From: Octopus bimaculoides
Lineage: Eukaryota
Reading direction: 5' to 3'
NCBI RefSeq assembly: GCF_001194135.2
Contig: NC_068983.1
Location: 17,803,905 to 17,867,904 of the forward strand
Length of the DNA stretch: 64,000 nucleotides
Shown here: positions 51,841 through 64,000 of the stretch, piece after piece
Layout: each line of letters begins with the position of its first letter
Position numbering within the stretch: position 1 is the stretch's first letter
Translations under genes and position numbers: made by a program
The notes under the pieces: model-generated
Database searches by the model: none
What the model saw: the letters and a program-made list of their open reading frames with translations, nothing else
Told to the model about the DNA's origin: nothing

Positions 51841-54689
51841 ATTTCAGGTAACTTGTAAATGAAGAAAGAAAAGAGAAAAAAACATGTCGAACACTACAGG
51901 AAAGTTCTAAGATAAATCTGTCTACAAACTGACTTCGTATTTTTATCTGCTGTACTAAAAATATACAAAGTAAAATGAAATAGAATGAAATGAATGGGTT
52001 ATAATGTCTCTTGGATACATTAGATTATTTAGAAAGTAGTCTGACAATGTGGAACTAAAAGAATCAAACCAGATTATACTGGAGCTAAGTAAGTAATTAC
52101 AGTATAGACAGATGTAAATATAAATCAAATTTGGTTAAGGGAATTAGTGACACTAAGGTTTTTTTTCTTTTTTCAGAGGATACGTATCAGTAGAACATAA
52201 AGAGGTTGTAGTGGTTGGTTCAAAAAATTCCCATTAAGATATAGACTTAAATTTAGAATTACAGCGAGAAAAACGCAGGAATGAATATAGCATATTGATG
52301 TTAGAAAATTAATAGAGTAATGGATACTTTTTTTACAAGGAAACTTTGGCGAGATGTCCAACGGTGATTTGTTAATAAGATCGAACAGAATATGCTGCGT
52401 AATGATATATATTTCTTTGTTTTATGGAGAGGGTTTTGTATGTGGATGTTAGGTGTAGATACTTTCCGTGTGTTCAATCTCAACACTATTCTTTACACTA
52501 CTCTCTTTCTCATTCTCTGCATGTCTTTACACACAATACTTATATTTACATGCACGCACGCACATATATATGCTTCCCTCTATCTGTATGTATGTATGTA
52601 TGTAAGTTTGTATCCATCTAGTCGGCTATTTATGTATCTGTATATATAAATATATGTACATATTAACATTAGCATATGTAATTATAATTTGACATACATG
52701 CATATATATTTATATACATATATATATTAAACTATAATTATATACGTACATTATATAGCCTTTTAGTTAAATTTATATGCCTAGAATAAACAAAAAACCA
52801 CAACAGTGCAATGTAAAACAACTATATACAACCTAATTTCATGCTGTTGTCTGATACATCTTCACGATATATAAGAAAGATGACTTTTGGATGTAAAATC
52901 GTTAAGAAATTGGTGTCAGAATGCTTATCTAAAAGAAGGAAATACCAGATTATCTTATGGCTAAAGAATTAATTAGAATGTAAATGTAAACAACGTTTGG
53001 TTAAGCGAATTAGGGACGTTGTTAGGAGATACATATCATTAGCAGGGCTGGAAAGGCGGTAGTAATTACTATAAAAATGGTACTTAGATGTAGTCTTAAA
53101 CTCAGTAGTGCAGAGAATAAAATATATATCACACTGTTGAAGAAAATTACAAAATTAATGAACGTATTTGCGAGGGAGACTTAGGAGAGACGTCCAATGG
53201 CGATTCATTAGCAATGTCACTCAGAAAAAGCCGGAAGGTGACATTTTTCTTTCGTTTATTGAAGACAATATAGAAGTATAGATAATTACGTATCTCTTTC
53301 TCTCTCTCGTTCTGTCTCTCTCTCCCTCAATCTCTCTTCAGACACCTACATGTATATATATGTGTGTGTGTGTGTGTTTGTGTAGTATGTATTCACACAG
53401 GCTCACACACAAACACACGCACATACACACAATCGTTTCTTCATTTTTCATACATACGCATTATAAACGGATTGTCAACATTTCTAACACGAACTCATAG
53501 ACGTCTACAAAGCCCTGTTTTGCTTTGAAACTTTCGAGAAAAGTATGGCACAAAATGGTATCAAGTAGCATACCAACAAACCGCTCTTTTGCATTCATCC
53601 AAAGTGGAATTTCAGCTCATCAGTATATGAACATATACTCCTCCATTTTTATGGTAATGTTGAATCACTATAGATATGTATCTATAGATATGTATCAATC
53701 ATACCTAACAACTCTAGCTTTTGAATGTGTTATGTAACTTGAAAGAGTGCAAGTGAGATTATCTCTGGAAACTTTACCTTGCAGAACTGCAGCAGTCGGC
53801 GGTCTTTAGGGGTTACGGTTCAAAATTTGATAGGTAATTGAATTTACGCAGCTTGATATTATACAAGTTGCCGTATGAAAAAGTAGCCCGGGTTTCGTAG
53901 CTCAATGTAAAAATAGTAATAAATTTACATGTGCTGTACACATATGAAATGATATGGTTTCAACTTTAGACTTTTCAACACCTGTTGGAATGACCTCCTT
54001 ATGTGAGATTGCTACGTCAGTTTACATGCTGACAAATTTGGTCTTCGAGTAATCCTTTCGCGAATGTCCTGAATAACTTCCGACGTTCGAACTGTATCGT
54101 CTCCTTGTTTTGGGCCGTTGTACGCGGATCCTGTAGTGCGTAACTTTATCAGTACTTATATCGTTCTCTTTACCGGTAAATCTAAAACTTGACTTCAAAC
54201 ATTTCACGCGTTTGCTTAACAAAATCCTCTCCCGCATATGCTCTCACAATCTCTGCTCTTTCAGTTATTGAGTGAGTCATCTTGACGAAACGGCTAGAAA
54301 TTTTCACTCAATGTAAAATAACAATCAAATAATGTGGTGAAGATGCGGTGAGGATAACATAGCAAACAGTCGACTAGTGCATTTTTGATCAGCAGTTAGA
54401 AGCCATTGAAATAATGCAACGACACTTGAAAATGAAAGGTCTAGTGCCTTTCCGTGTGTGTAAATTTATTTCTGTATCTACACTATGCTACGGAATCCGG
54501 TCTGCTTTATTGTGCGCCACGCTGTAGACTTTAATCCCTTAATATTGAAATCGCTGCTTGAAAAAGGCGATTGAGTTCGCAAAAACATGTTGATATCGAC
54601 CACATAGACCAGGGTTTTATCATTCATCAGAGAAAAACGGTTCTATTTTGTAAGGGCTGAGCATGCGTTAAAAATGTCGATACAGATGA

Positions 54690-55830
54690 ACTGTCAAATG
54701 TATCGGTGATCGTACAACTTCGAAGATATCTCTTTATATTAAATACACTGACACCCAAGTTCCTATGCGGTGATGTTGGTTTATGTCGAGAGAATGGATT
54801 GGGAATATCTCATGGCTGTGATGGTCACACTAGTGATAAATTTAAGGAAAAAATCATTGATACCTTTAGTCTATTAGGCCTCAAAAACTTTGTTACTACT
54901 AATCTCTGAAAAAAAAAAGACTTTTTCGATGTTTCCCTAGATCTAAACTCCCGCTCTTATAAACCTTACCATAAGTCAAGCCAGAAACTCTCCTACATAC
55001 ACTAGCAGTTCTGCATTCCTCTAGTGTTTAAAAACCTGACAGCTAACAGTAATAGAATATCTAATTTCTCTTCTATAGAAATATTTCATAAGGCAGTCCC
55101 CTACTTTAAGAAAGCCCTAGCTAACAGAGGCTTCAAAGATATGATATATTAAGATCCTTGAAGTAAAAATATGAATCATAAAAATTTAACAAAAATAGAC
55201 TTAGGAAAATAATATAACTCACCTCCACTTTCTCCTTAAATGTTTAATCTAACATGGGCGAGACATTCCTGTCTCTTTTACATAAATAATTCCCAGTAAA
55301 CTATAAACACAAGAAAAAGTTTAAAACAGCGCGATTAAAATATCATACAGCTGATGCTCCTATATGAAGAACATTGTCAATCATAATTATCTCCCAGTTG
55401 TAAATGTCAAGACCTTGAAACATGCACACTTGATCAGGTGTGTATGATAAACTCCGTCGTATATGACAAGGAAGTCAAAGTAACGATTAAAGAAAAATTA
55501 CATCGGGTTATGCCAAGGCGATTTCAAAAGATGTTATTCAAGCTACATGTCTGCTGTCCGATACGTTGACAAAAGCAAAGATACTAAGTTGGCTAAACGC
55601 AAACGGTCTTCAAACCCCAATATAAATTGAAAAATGTGAGGTTGAAGAGTTGATGTAACAAAGATGTCATGTTGATCTGAAGAGTTAGCTTTCTATATCT
55701 GCATTGTTTTGAAAATGTACAATGCTATTACAAAATGTTAGCATGCATACTAGAGCAGACATTGTGCACTAAAATAACGTTTATTTTTGCCTGATGAAGG
55801 TTGCAAAACGGCTGTAATCCTATGCATTTC
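54690..55830 (+). mobile_element. Decayed Penelope-like element (RT thumb + GIY-YIG region) with 3' CTGATGA
   Basis: DGHTSDKFKEKIIDTFSLLGL, FFDVSLDL...YKPY, IFHKAVPYFKKAL, CQD..TCTLDQVC; CTGATGAAGG at 55791. Confidence 0.75.
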
Positions 55831-56363
55831 AACTGGCGAAATAAATATCTTTCACTGCTCCTGACTTAGTTTATATACCCCTTAAGAAATAATTTCACTG
55901 ATTGGGTCTACTGTATTTCGGCTGCATCGGACTCTACATTACTTCCCACTATATTAGATTACATTGTGGTATGTTGCCGGGTCCACTAGTAGAGCCGTTT
56001 TCTGATTACGACAGGATTCTATAAATCCATATATTGCAGACACAATTACACACACGCGCGTGCACACACACGTCACACATGTATGTATACATGTATATAT
56101 ATATATATNNNNNNNNNNNNNNNNNNNNNNNNNNNNNNNNNNNNNNNNNNNNNNNNNNNNNNNNNNNNNNNNNNNNNNNNNNNNNNNNNNNNNNNNNNNN
56201 NNNNNNNNNNNNNNNNNNNNNNNNNNNNNNNNNNNNNNNNNNNNNNNNNNNNNNNNNNNNNNNNNNNNNNNNNNNNNNNNNNNNNNNNNNNNNNNNNNNN
56301 NNNNNNNNNNNNNNNNNNNNNNNNNNNNNNNNNNNNNNNNNATATATATATATATATATATAT

Positions 56364-56466
56364 AGGGGTTTGACAAAACAATGGAAACACCTTAAAATTT
56401 CAAACAAATTTATTTTAATATGGGATAGGATCACCTTTGGCAGTAATTACAGCTTGAATTCTACGA
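56364..56466 (+). mobile_element. Isolated Tc1-type 5' end
   Basis: TA followed by ggggtttgacaaaacaatggaaacacc...cctttggcagtaattacagc, a typical Tc1 terminus and subterminus. Confidence 0.5.
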
Positions 56467-57179
56467 TTTATGTTGCAGGTGTATATTGGGGGCTAGATAC
56501 ATAGACACACATTTCTTCAACCAACTTTTGAATCGGTTGAATACTAAGTCTAACAATTCTGGAATCAATGTGTCTATAGACTGGCTTTGTATGTTTATCT
56601 AATGCTTCAACAGACACAAAATATTTAAAGTCTCCTAGAAAATCAGATCATTAAAAAATCAGTCTGACAATGGAGAAATAAAAGTATCATAAGATTATCT
56701 TGAGGCTAATGAAATTAATTACAATGTAGACAGATGTAAAGAAATAAACAAGATTCCGTTAAGAGTATTACTGACAAAATATATATGTTTGTAGACGATA
56801 AGTATCATTTGAGAAAATACAAAATATAAACTAGCAGATGCGGTAGTGATTAGTATAAAAAGACCGCTGATAGACTTGAAATTAGTGAAATCTTAGGGAA
56901 AACACAAGAAATAATATAGCATACTGTTAAAGAAAATTGAGAAATTAATGGCTATATTCATACAAGGAGACTTTGAAGAGACTTCCAATGGTGATTCGTT
57001 AAATTTGCGAATGAAATATGGCGACATGTCATATATTTTTGATACTGTTTTTTGTTGATCGGAAAGTCTTACTAGGCGTGGATAATTACGTTTCTCTCTT
57101 TCTCTCTTTCTCTTTTCTTTCTCTCCCTCTCCCTCCCTCTCTCTCTCTCTCATAACTCTTAGATTTTCATATATACCTA

Positions 57180-57965
57180 TTATCATATGTTGGCTGGTCT
57201 ATGTGGCAACATACTTGTATGGAATCCTAGATATGCAGCTGTTCTACCAGAAAGATACATAATCTCCAAATACAACCATTTAGTGGCATAGTGAATACTT
57301 GTTGAGGCATTTTTTCCCGAGCCCCAATCATGCGTTCCTCCCAGTGTACAGTCATGCCACATAGCCACTTGAGCAGAGAAATGTGAGAGGATCATGTGTA
57401 GACGCGATGAAATTTGTGTGAGGTGATCATTGAACTATATCTATTACAAAAGATCCACTATCAGTTGGGGCATTTTGTGACTGGGATAGTAGGTACTGTT
57501 GTTATTCTTTCAGTCAACAGGGTTTTACTTCAGCTTTGAGAGATGTGTTGTCTTCTCTCTTAGGATGATATTTATTTGACTAAGTGGCTGTTGGCATTAC
57601 ATCCGCAAATGTCTTGAACACCAAGTCAAATCTCCAGCAATAACAGCCGAGAGCTGAGACGTACTAGAGCAGTGCATAAAATAAGGCAAGGTTTTCGTGG
57701 AACGCCCACTCTGCAAAGCTTTGACTAGAGTTAGCATTACTGATGCAGCAAAGAGATAGGCAGCAAACGTTCCATTATCGAAGCTACAGAGAAGTATATT
57801 AGATGGCTTTGGATAAAGAGAGTAGTTTTCTGGTTTGTGGTTTACTACTGGGATGCAAGCCGAGACTTGATAAATCCTGGCTGAATCGACGTGCTAGTTG
57901 GAGTCTGTGGTATGAGACTCCTGAACCCCCCCCCCCCCATTATGAAGACATCACCAGTGAGATGT
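57180..57965 (+). mobile_element. Decayed HERO-like (RLE-type) non-LTR element, 3' end
   Basis: GF...LCKALTRVSITDAAK...IIEATEKYIRWLWIKRE resembles the RLE C-terminus (GCRGF...EAAE..SRWLWIKR), followed by a 3' UTR-like tract. Confidence 0.6.
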
Positions 57966-58403
57966 ACTTTGGGATTAACTAGGTTCTGAGATTTGATTAT
58001 AATCTTTTTTCATAATATACGTATAATATATCTCTCTCAACGTGCAGTTTTCGATTTTATGGCTAGATGAATCCTTCGTAGTAGTATAATATCATAAGAA
58101 GGTACAATTATGTTAAACGAAGTTTATAATTCAACATAATGCGATAGTTAAAAGAAACGGAACTTTATGAGGTTCGAATATTTTCAATATTTTAAGTTGA
58201 ATGCTAAATATTGTTCAATATTGTTCAAATTAAAATTCTTTCTGTTAATCGATTATCCTTAGCACAACAGACCACTTATTTATATTTCATCCGTCCACTT
58301 AATTGCTTTATCACGATTCATCTATCTGTCACTATGCAACGATAGGAAATTTGTTAAAACGGTACATCTTATGTTTTTTTTTAATGTTATTCAGTTGTAT
58401 TAG

Positions 58404-58590
58404 AGGCGGTGAGCTGGCGGAAGTGATAATACAGCGGGCAAAGTGCTAAGTTCAAGTTCCACCGAGGTCGACTTTGTTTTTCATTATTTTGGCGTCGATA
58501 AAATAAGTATCAATTGAGCACTGAGTTCGATGTAATCGACTTACTCCCTCTCCCGAAGTTTCCGGCCTTGTGTAAAAAAATTGAAACCAA
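58404..58590 (+). mobile_element. SINE family B with internal deletion
   Basis: aggcggtgagctggcgg...ccaccgaggtcgactttg...gatgtaatcgactt. Confidence 0.8.
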
Positions 58591-59088
58591 TATTATGTAG
58601 TTAAATATATTTCTGATGGTTCAGTATATTCATGCAGTTTAGATTTACAGGCAATAAAGAAAAATGCAAAAACATTGAATAAAATCAAAGTAGCAACTAA
58701 AAAAAAAAGCCCCAGAAAAAAAGACGATATATCAATATGGGTCAATAAAAAAACAAACGAAAAATATTGGAAATCAAGAAACAGTTGCAAGGCTTGCCGG
58801 AAATACAATGCAAAATAAATATTTTGGAGACACACGTAATACGAACATAGTTAGAACACTCGACAGGCGAAACACGGTTTCAAATCTTTTCTATCGTTGA
58901 ATACGATATGAGTCAATATTTGTCCATAGCTCTATAATGCAGGTATAAAAGCACACGTGTACACACACCACACAAACACACGTTTGCACAAACACACACC
59001 CATGCACGTTCACCTGAGCACACACATTGTTCTTGAGAAAGGGTGAATACATATATAGATACATACATATATATATGTATATTTATAC

Positions 59089-59123
<35 letters not shown>

Positions 59124-60063
59124 NNNNNNNNNNNNNNNNNNNNNNNNNNNNNNNNNNNNNNNNNNNNNNNNNNNNNNNNNNNNNNNNNNNNNNNNNNNNN
59201 NNNNNNNNNNNNNNNNNNNNNNNNNNNNNNNNNNNNNNNNNNNNNNNNNNNNNNNNNNNNNNNNNNNNNNNNNNNNNNNNNNNNNNNNNNNNNNNNNNNN
59301 NNNNNNNNNNNNNNNNNNNNNNNNNNNNNNNNNNNNNNNNNNNNNNNNNNNNNNNNNNNNNNNNNNNNNNNNNNNNNNNNNNNNNNNNNNNNNNNNNNNN
59401 NNNNNNNNNNNNNNNNNNNNNNNNNNNNNNNNNNNNNNNNNNNNNNNNNNNNNNNNNNNNNNNNNNNNNNNNNNNNNNNNNNNNNNNNNNNNNNNNNNNN
59501 NNNNNNNNNNNNNNNNNNNNNNNNNNNNNNNNNNNNNNNNNNNNNNNNNNNNNNNNNNNNNNNNNNNNNNNNNNNNNNNNNNNNNNNNNNNNNNNNNNNN
59601 NNNNNNNNNNNNNNNNNNNNNNNNNNNNNNNNNNNNNNNNNNNNNNNNNNNNNNNNNNNNNNNNNNNNNNNNNNNNNNNNNNNNNNNNNNNNNNNNNNNN
59701 NNNNNNNNNNNNNNNNNNNNNNNNNNNNNNNNNNNNNNNNNNNNNNNNNNNNNNNNNNNNNNNNNNNNNNNNNNNNNNNNNNNNNNNNNNNNNNNNNNNN
59801 NNNNNNNNNNNNNNNNNNNNNNNNNNNNNNNNNNNNNNNNNNNNNNNNNNNNNNNNNNNNNNNNAGATGTTGGTGAGAGGGATAACTACCCTTGGCAAAC
59901 AGGACACAGTCGTGTGTCGATAAGCCAGCTGGAGGAGATGTCCTCCTGGGGCTAAAAGCAACAGTAACATCCACCCCTAGGGGTCAGCCACACTTAAGTG
60001 GCAATATACTACACTTTATCGTGCAGTTACTGTTAATACTTCATTTAGAGAATTAACATTGCT

Positions 60064-60097
<34 letters not shown>

Positions 60098-61331
60098 ATG
60101 CACCAAACAGTGGTGAGGAATAAACAATCTTAATGTTAGTTAGAATACGATTGTGACATTTTAATTGAGTGTTTTCAGTAACAAACATTCATTATACCTT
60201 GCTGCATATTCGGGTTGTCGTGGTCTAGCTTGGCAACCCTGCCAAGCTTGCGTTCTAAGGACGAGTATTTTGGGGAACTAGCAGGGTAAGAAGCAATAAC
60301 TGCCACAAAGCAGATGATAATAGGGCCGTCAATGGTTATCCAACACTGTATATGCATGTACTTTAAACTTGCATATCTACGTCCAGAGAGCATGTTGTCA
60401 TTTTATTCATATGATGTCTGAAAAGAATAAGTGGCCTTCATTTTCATCTCTGGGAATGACTATTTAATGTGGCAACATAACGCCATGCAAGAGTGGGAGT
60501 CTTGCATGGCAATTTGATACATCTGATATGGTGTTTTATGTCCTTCATATTTAGGTGATATTGCAAAGTCTGGGAAGCGCTTTAACCATTTGGAATGTCT
60601 CCTGTATTTTCATACATACTCAATAATCTTGATTTTATCTCACCTTTTGCGGCTCTCAGAGGTTTCATTCAAACATCTAAAAAGTTATGTGAAGACAGCT
60701 GCATCTTCACTTTGTTTTTGGTGTTTGTGGGATTGCTAATGCAATTTGTGTAATACCCGCTGTAGTGTACTGGTTGTTACTATAACATAGTTACGAGAAG
60801 TTCGTTAGTGATATGTATCCGTATGGGCTCTGAATCAAGTACTTTCTGTATAGTAATCTTGGGGATTCCAGCTACAAGCATATATTTCACTCTTAATACA
60901 TTCAAGCAGAGTATTTTATTGTGAAGAATTGTGTGACTTAAAAAGAATTCGACATTCAATGATAAAAGAAATGGTAAACACGAAATATGGTCCACGAACT
61001 GCTAGAACTTTAGACATTGAAGCTAAAGTTGATCAATGCTAGTTGTGTCAACGAAAAGGCTCGATACTGAAAAATACCAAACATCTACGACACCAGGAGC
61101 ATTATTCATGATGCATCATATAACATCCATGAGATGCATGCATACATATAATACATACACACATACAAACACAAATACGCACACACGCGCGCGTACACAC
61201 ACATATATATGTATGTAGGTGTGTATGGAAGTCTGTACGTGTGTCACTATGTCAGTATATGTATTCGTGTTCACGCATATGCACACAAATACACACACAG
61301 AAACATATATTATATATATATATATATGTGT

Positions 61332-61362
<31 letters not shown>

Positions 61363-61567
61363 CGCACATATACACACATCCATACATTATGGAGTAACGA
61401 TCTCATCTCTTCGAACATTATTTACGGTCTTCTATAATACGGGTATAGCATTACCATCTAGAAATAAATTCATACTCAATCACATATTCAGATACTCGTT
61501 CACACGTACCTCTGCACACGCACTTGTAATTTCGCATTGCATTTTATGTGTTTGTATACATACAAAG

Positions 61568-61646
<79 letters not shown>

Positions 61647-63087
61647 AATATTTGCATGCGTGTACATGTCTGCACACTTCTACATGCACGCCTCTTTATC
61701 TATAGGTTTATGTCAGTGCGCTTCTGTGGAAAAAGTGCATTTGCATGTTAAAGATATTTCTAGAGTTTTACATTGATCGTTAATAGGAAATATATAGCTT
61801 CTAGTTTGGAACCTTCCGTTTCAAGTCTAATGGAATCTTTCTTCCCGCTAATCTAAAATCAAATTTTACGACACCCTGGGCGAATTCTGAAATTCCCGTA
61901 AGACACGAATCATAACCATTTTTGCATTTCCATATGAATATAAATATTAACGTATATAGAAATGTAAATGCGTGTGTATTTATCTTTGTGAATATACATG
62001 AAAACACACACACACACAAATAAGCAAGTGAACATATGTAAATGTATGGTATATATATTTGTGTATACACAGATACACACACATCTATATATATATACAA
62101 GCACGCTAAAACACACAGACATATAATTGTGTAGTTGTGTAACATTGCGGGCAGTTATATTCTCCATAATCATGAGTACAAACTCTATGTATGATTTCGC
62201 GTTTGTAAGATTTGAAATCAATCTAATCCAACAGTAACAACAACATAAATGACAAATGTTCGTATATATTTCTGAACCTTCCCACCGCACCCCCTAAAAT
62301 AATCCAAGAATGTTTCTTATACTAATTAAGTTTTATCTAGAATCGGTTTACAGTTACGTAACTTTCGCTGTTGCTATTTCAGTCCATCTGAGAGAATTAT
62401 GTCTTTTCCTAAGTTATTTATGATTTCTTACATATATTTTTGCTTGTCAGCCCAAAATGTAGCCAAACCACTCTTTCTGATTCACCTTCAGTCTCGTGCA
62501 ATGCACACAAACACTCTCTATCTCTCCACTCAACTCACTATCTTTTTTACAAACAGACACACACGTTGATATATATACTATTTTTGCTTATCGGTACAGT
62601 CCTCATCGGACTCTAATTTATTCTTCTCCTAGCTGAACCTACCTTCTCCATATTTGATCTGTTACTCTGCTCACTACTTTTCTGACGACAGGACCGTTTT
62701 CTTTATGAAAGTGAAAGGCCTAACTTTAAGATGAACAACCACAATGGACTGAGATTTATAAGGTTAACCTCTTCATTATCATTACATAAATAAGGGAATT
62801 TATCACGCAGAGCTGACTCTTGATACTTCTAATAAACACCGTAAGCATTACGTTTTGTAAACTGCAAATGCGAGAATATGCGCTGTGTAAAACCTAACGT
62901 CGAGCCATTGCTTAATATTCCGCCCCATTCTAGATCGCATTTCTTAGTTTTTGGGTACCTTCTGGTAAGCATATATGTATACCAGGATACATATGATTTG
63001 GGGGATAGAAGAGATACTGTGTAGAATAGATGCAGCTAATTAGAAAGCTGCAGAAACAAGTCATAAATGAAACTATATCGAAATATT

Positions 63088-63225
63088 CTTTTACTCTATT
63101 ACTCTTTTACTTGCTTCAGTCATTTGATTGTGACCATGCTGGAGCACCGCCTTTAGTCGAGCAAATCGACCCCAGGACTTATTCTTTGTAAGCCTTGTAC
63201 TTATTCTATCGGTCTTTTTTGCATG
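63088..63225 (-). mobile_element. SINE family A 3' tail
   Basis: cttcagtcatttgattgtgaccatgctggagcaccgcctttagtcgagcaaatcgaccccaggacttattctttgtaagcc. Confidence 0.85.
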
Positions 63226-63419
63226 CTTAAATCCCTTCCTGGAAGATAATTGTGAAAGTAATAACATCATCTCACTAGAACAAGCAGTTGGGGACAATGG
63301 AATCTGGGGATGCGCCGAGCAATTATTGATAAACAAAACTGTGATGCCAGTGGGGTGAAGTTTGAGAGTAAGAGTTTGATGTTTTCCGTCGTGTTACGTG
63401 GGTCGTTTCGCTTTCTCGG

Positions 63420-63942
63420 AGGCGTTCTGACTAATTACCGCCTATTAGAAAGCGAAATGACCCACGTTACACGACGGAAACAGTGCAGCCTCGGGGGCTA
63501 AGAGATTGATGTTTTGGGGATGCATAAAAAGTGATGGTTCAAGAAAGTTGGTTAAAATTTGTCGGTAACTTGAATAGTGAAAATGCATCCAGTTGCTGAA
63601 GGACAATTTGATATTAGACTTGGATAATGGTGAGATTTTTCAGCATGGCGGAGCTCCATGCCACAGACCGCGTGCAACACAATAAGTTTTGCTGATGAAG
63701 GTGTTGCTATATTGAAAGATTGGCCAGCTTAGCGTCCTGACTTGAATATCATGGTGCAAATGTGGACAGAACTAAAGAGAGGAGTTCGTCAGAAGAAGCC
63801 ACACAATCTTGAAGAATTGTTGTAGCTCAGCCACAGAGAATGGTATATCATACCTGTAAAGATGGTGAAGGATTTATAGGCATCTCTTCCCAGGCGCATT
63901 CAAGCAATTATTCAAGCTAAGGGAAGCCACACGAAATATTAA
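63420..63942 (+). pseudogene. Tc1-family DD34E transposase, C-terminal half, decayed
   Basis: LMFWGCIKSDG, GEIFQHGGAPCH, DWPA*RPDLNI and SLPRRIQAIIQAKGSHTKY* across frameshifts. Confidence 0.88.
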
Positions 63943-64000
63943 CAACGTACAATACCCTTGATTTCTTTATGTGAGGTAGTCGAAAACTTTAGCAGAGCCA

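Larger units (their letters stand above)
51900..57060 (+). repeat. Three diverged copies of an unclassified ~0.5-kb unit (about 51900-52420, 52800-53260, 56555-57060)
   Basis: Shared anchors gtctgacaatg, agattat....gctaa, tagacagatgtaaa, gaaaatt and gg(a)gact..g.agaga..tccaa.gg.gatt. Confidence 0.75.

Noticed and set aside
53600-53630. CTGATGA-GCT-GAAA on the minus strand as a hammerhead
   Set aside because: There is no room for stem II and no stem I or III pairing; a chance match.

Overview
AT-rich, microsatellite-dense, gap-rich eukaryotic scaffold. The repeat landscape suggests an octopod/cephalopod genome (inference; no search run). I find no intact host protein-coding gene. Most of the supplied ORFs are artefacts of N-gaps and (TA)n/(CA)n/(TC)n tracts. 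The window is a nested graveyard of mobile DNA: three tRNA-derived SINE families, decayed LINEs (Tx1/L1-like, RTE, CR1/Jockey-like, HERO/RLE-like), Penelope-like elements, an internally deleted Helitron, Sola1- and Tc1-like transposase remnants, and piggyBac- and mariner-type MITEs. Three observations stand out. (1) A ~354-bp tandem repeat at 47.9-50.2 kb whose monomers each carry a near-canonical type I hammerhead ribozyme on the minus strand (retrozyme-like), plus a minimal dimer-type hammerhead at 33.6 kb and several decayed cores. (2) A 1.5-kb ORF1-only (zinc-knuckle) Tx1-like retroelement with a 14-bp TSD, inserted into the tRNA head of a SINE, with relatives elsewhere in the window. (3) Unexplained coding-like relics: a Gly-rich pentapeptide repeat at 22.7 kb and a three-copy ~0.5-kb unit at 52-57 kb. 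Family names come from recognising motifs by eye, and many boundaries are approximate.
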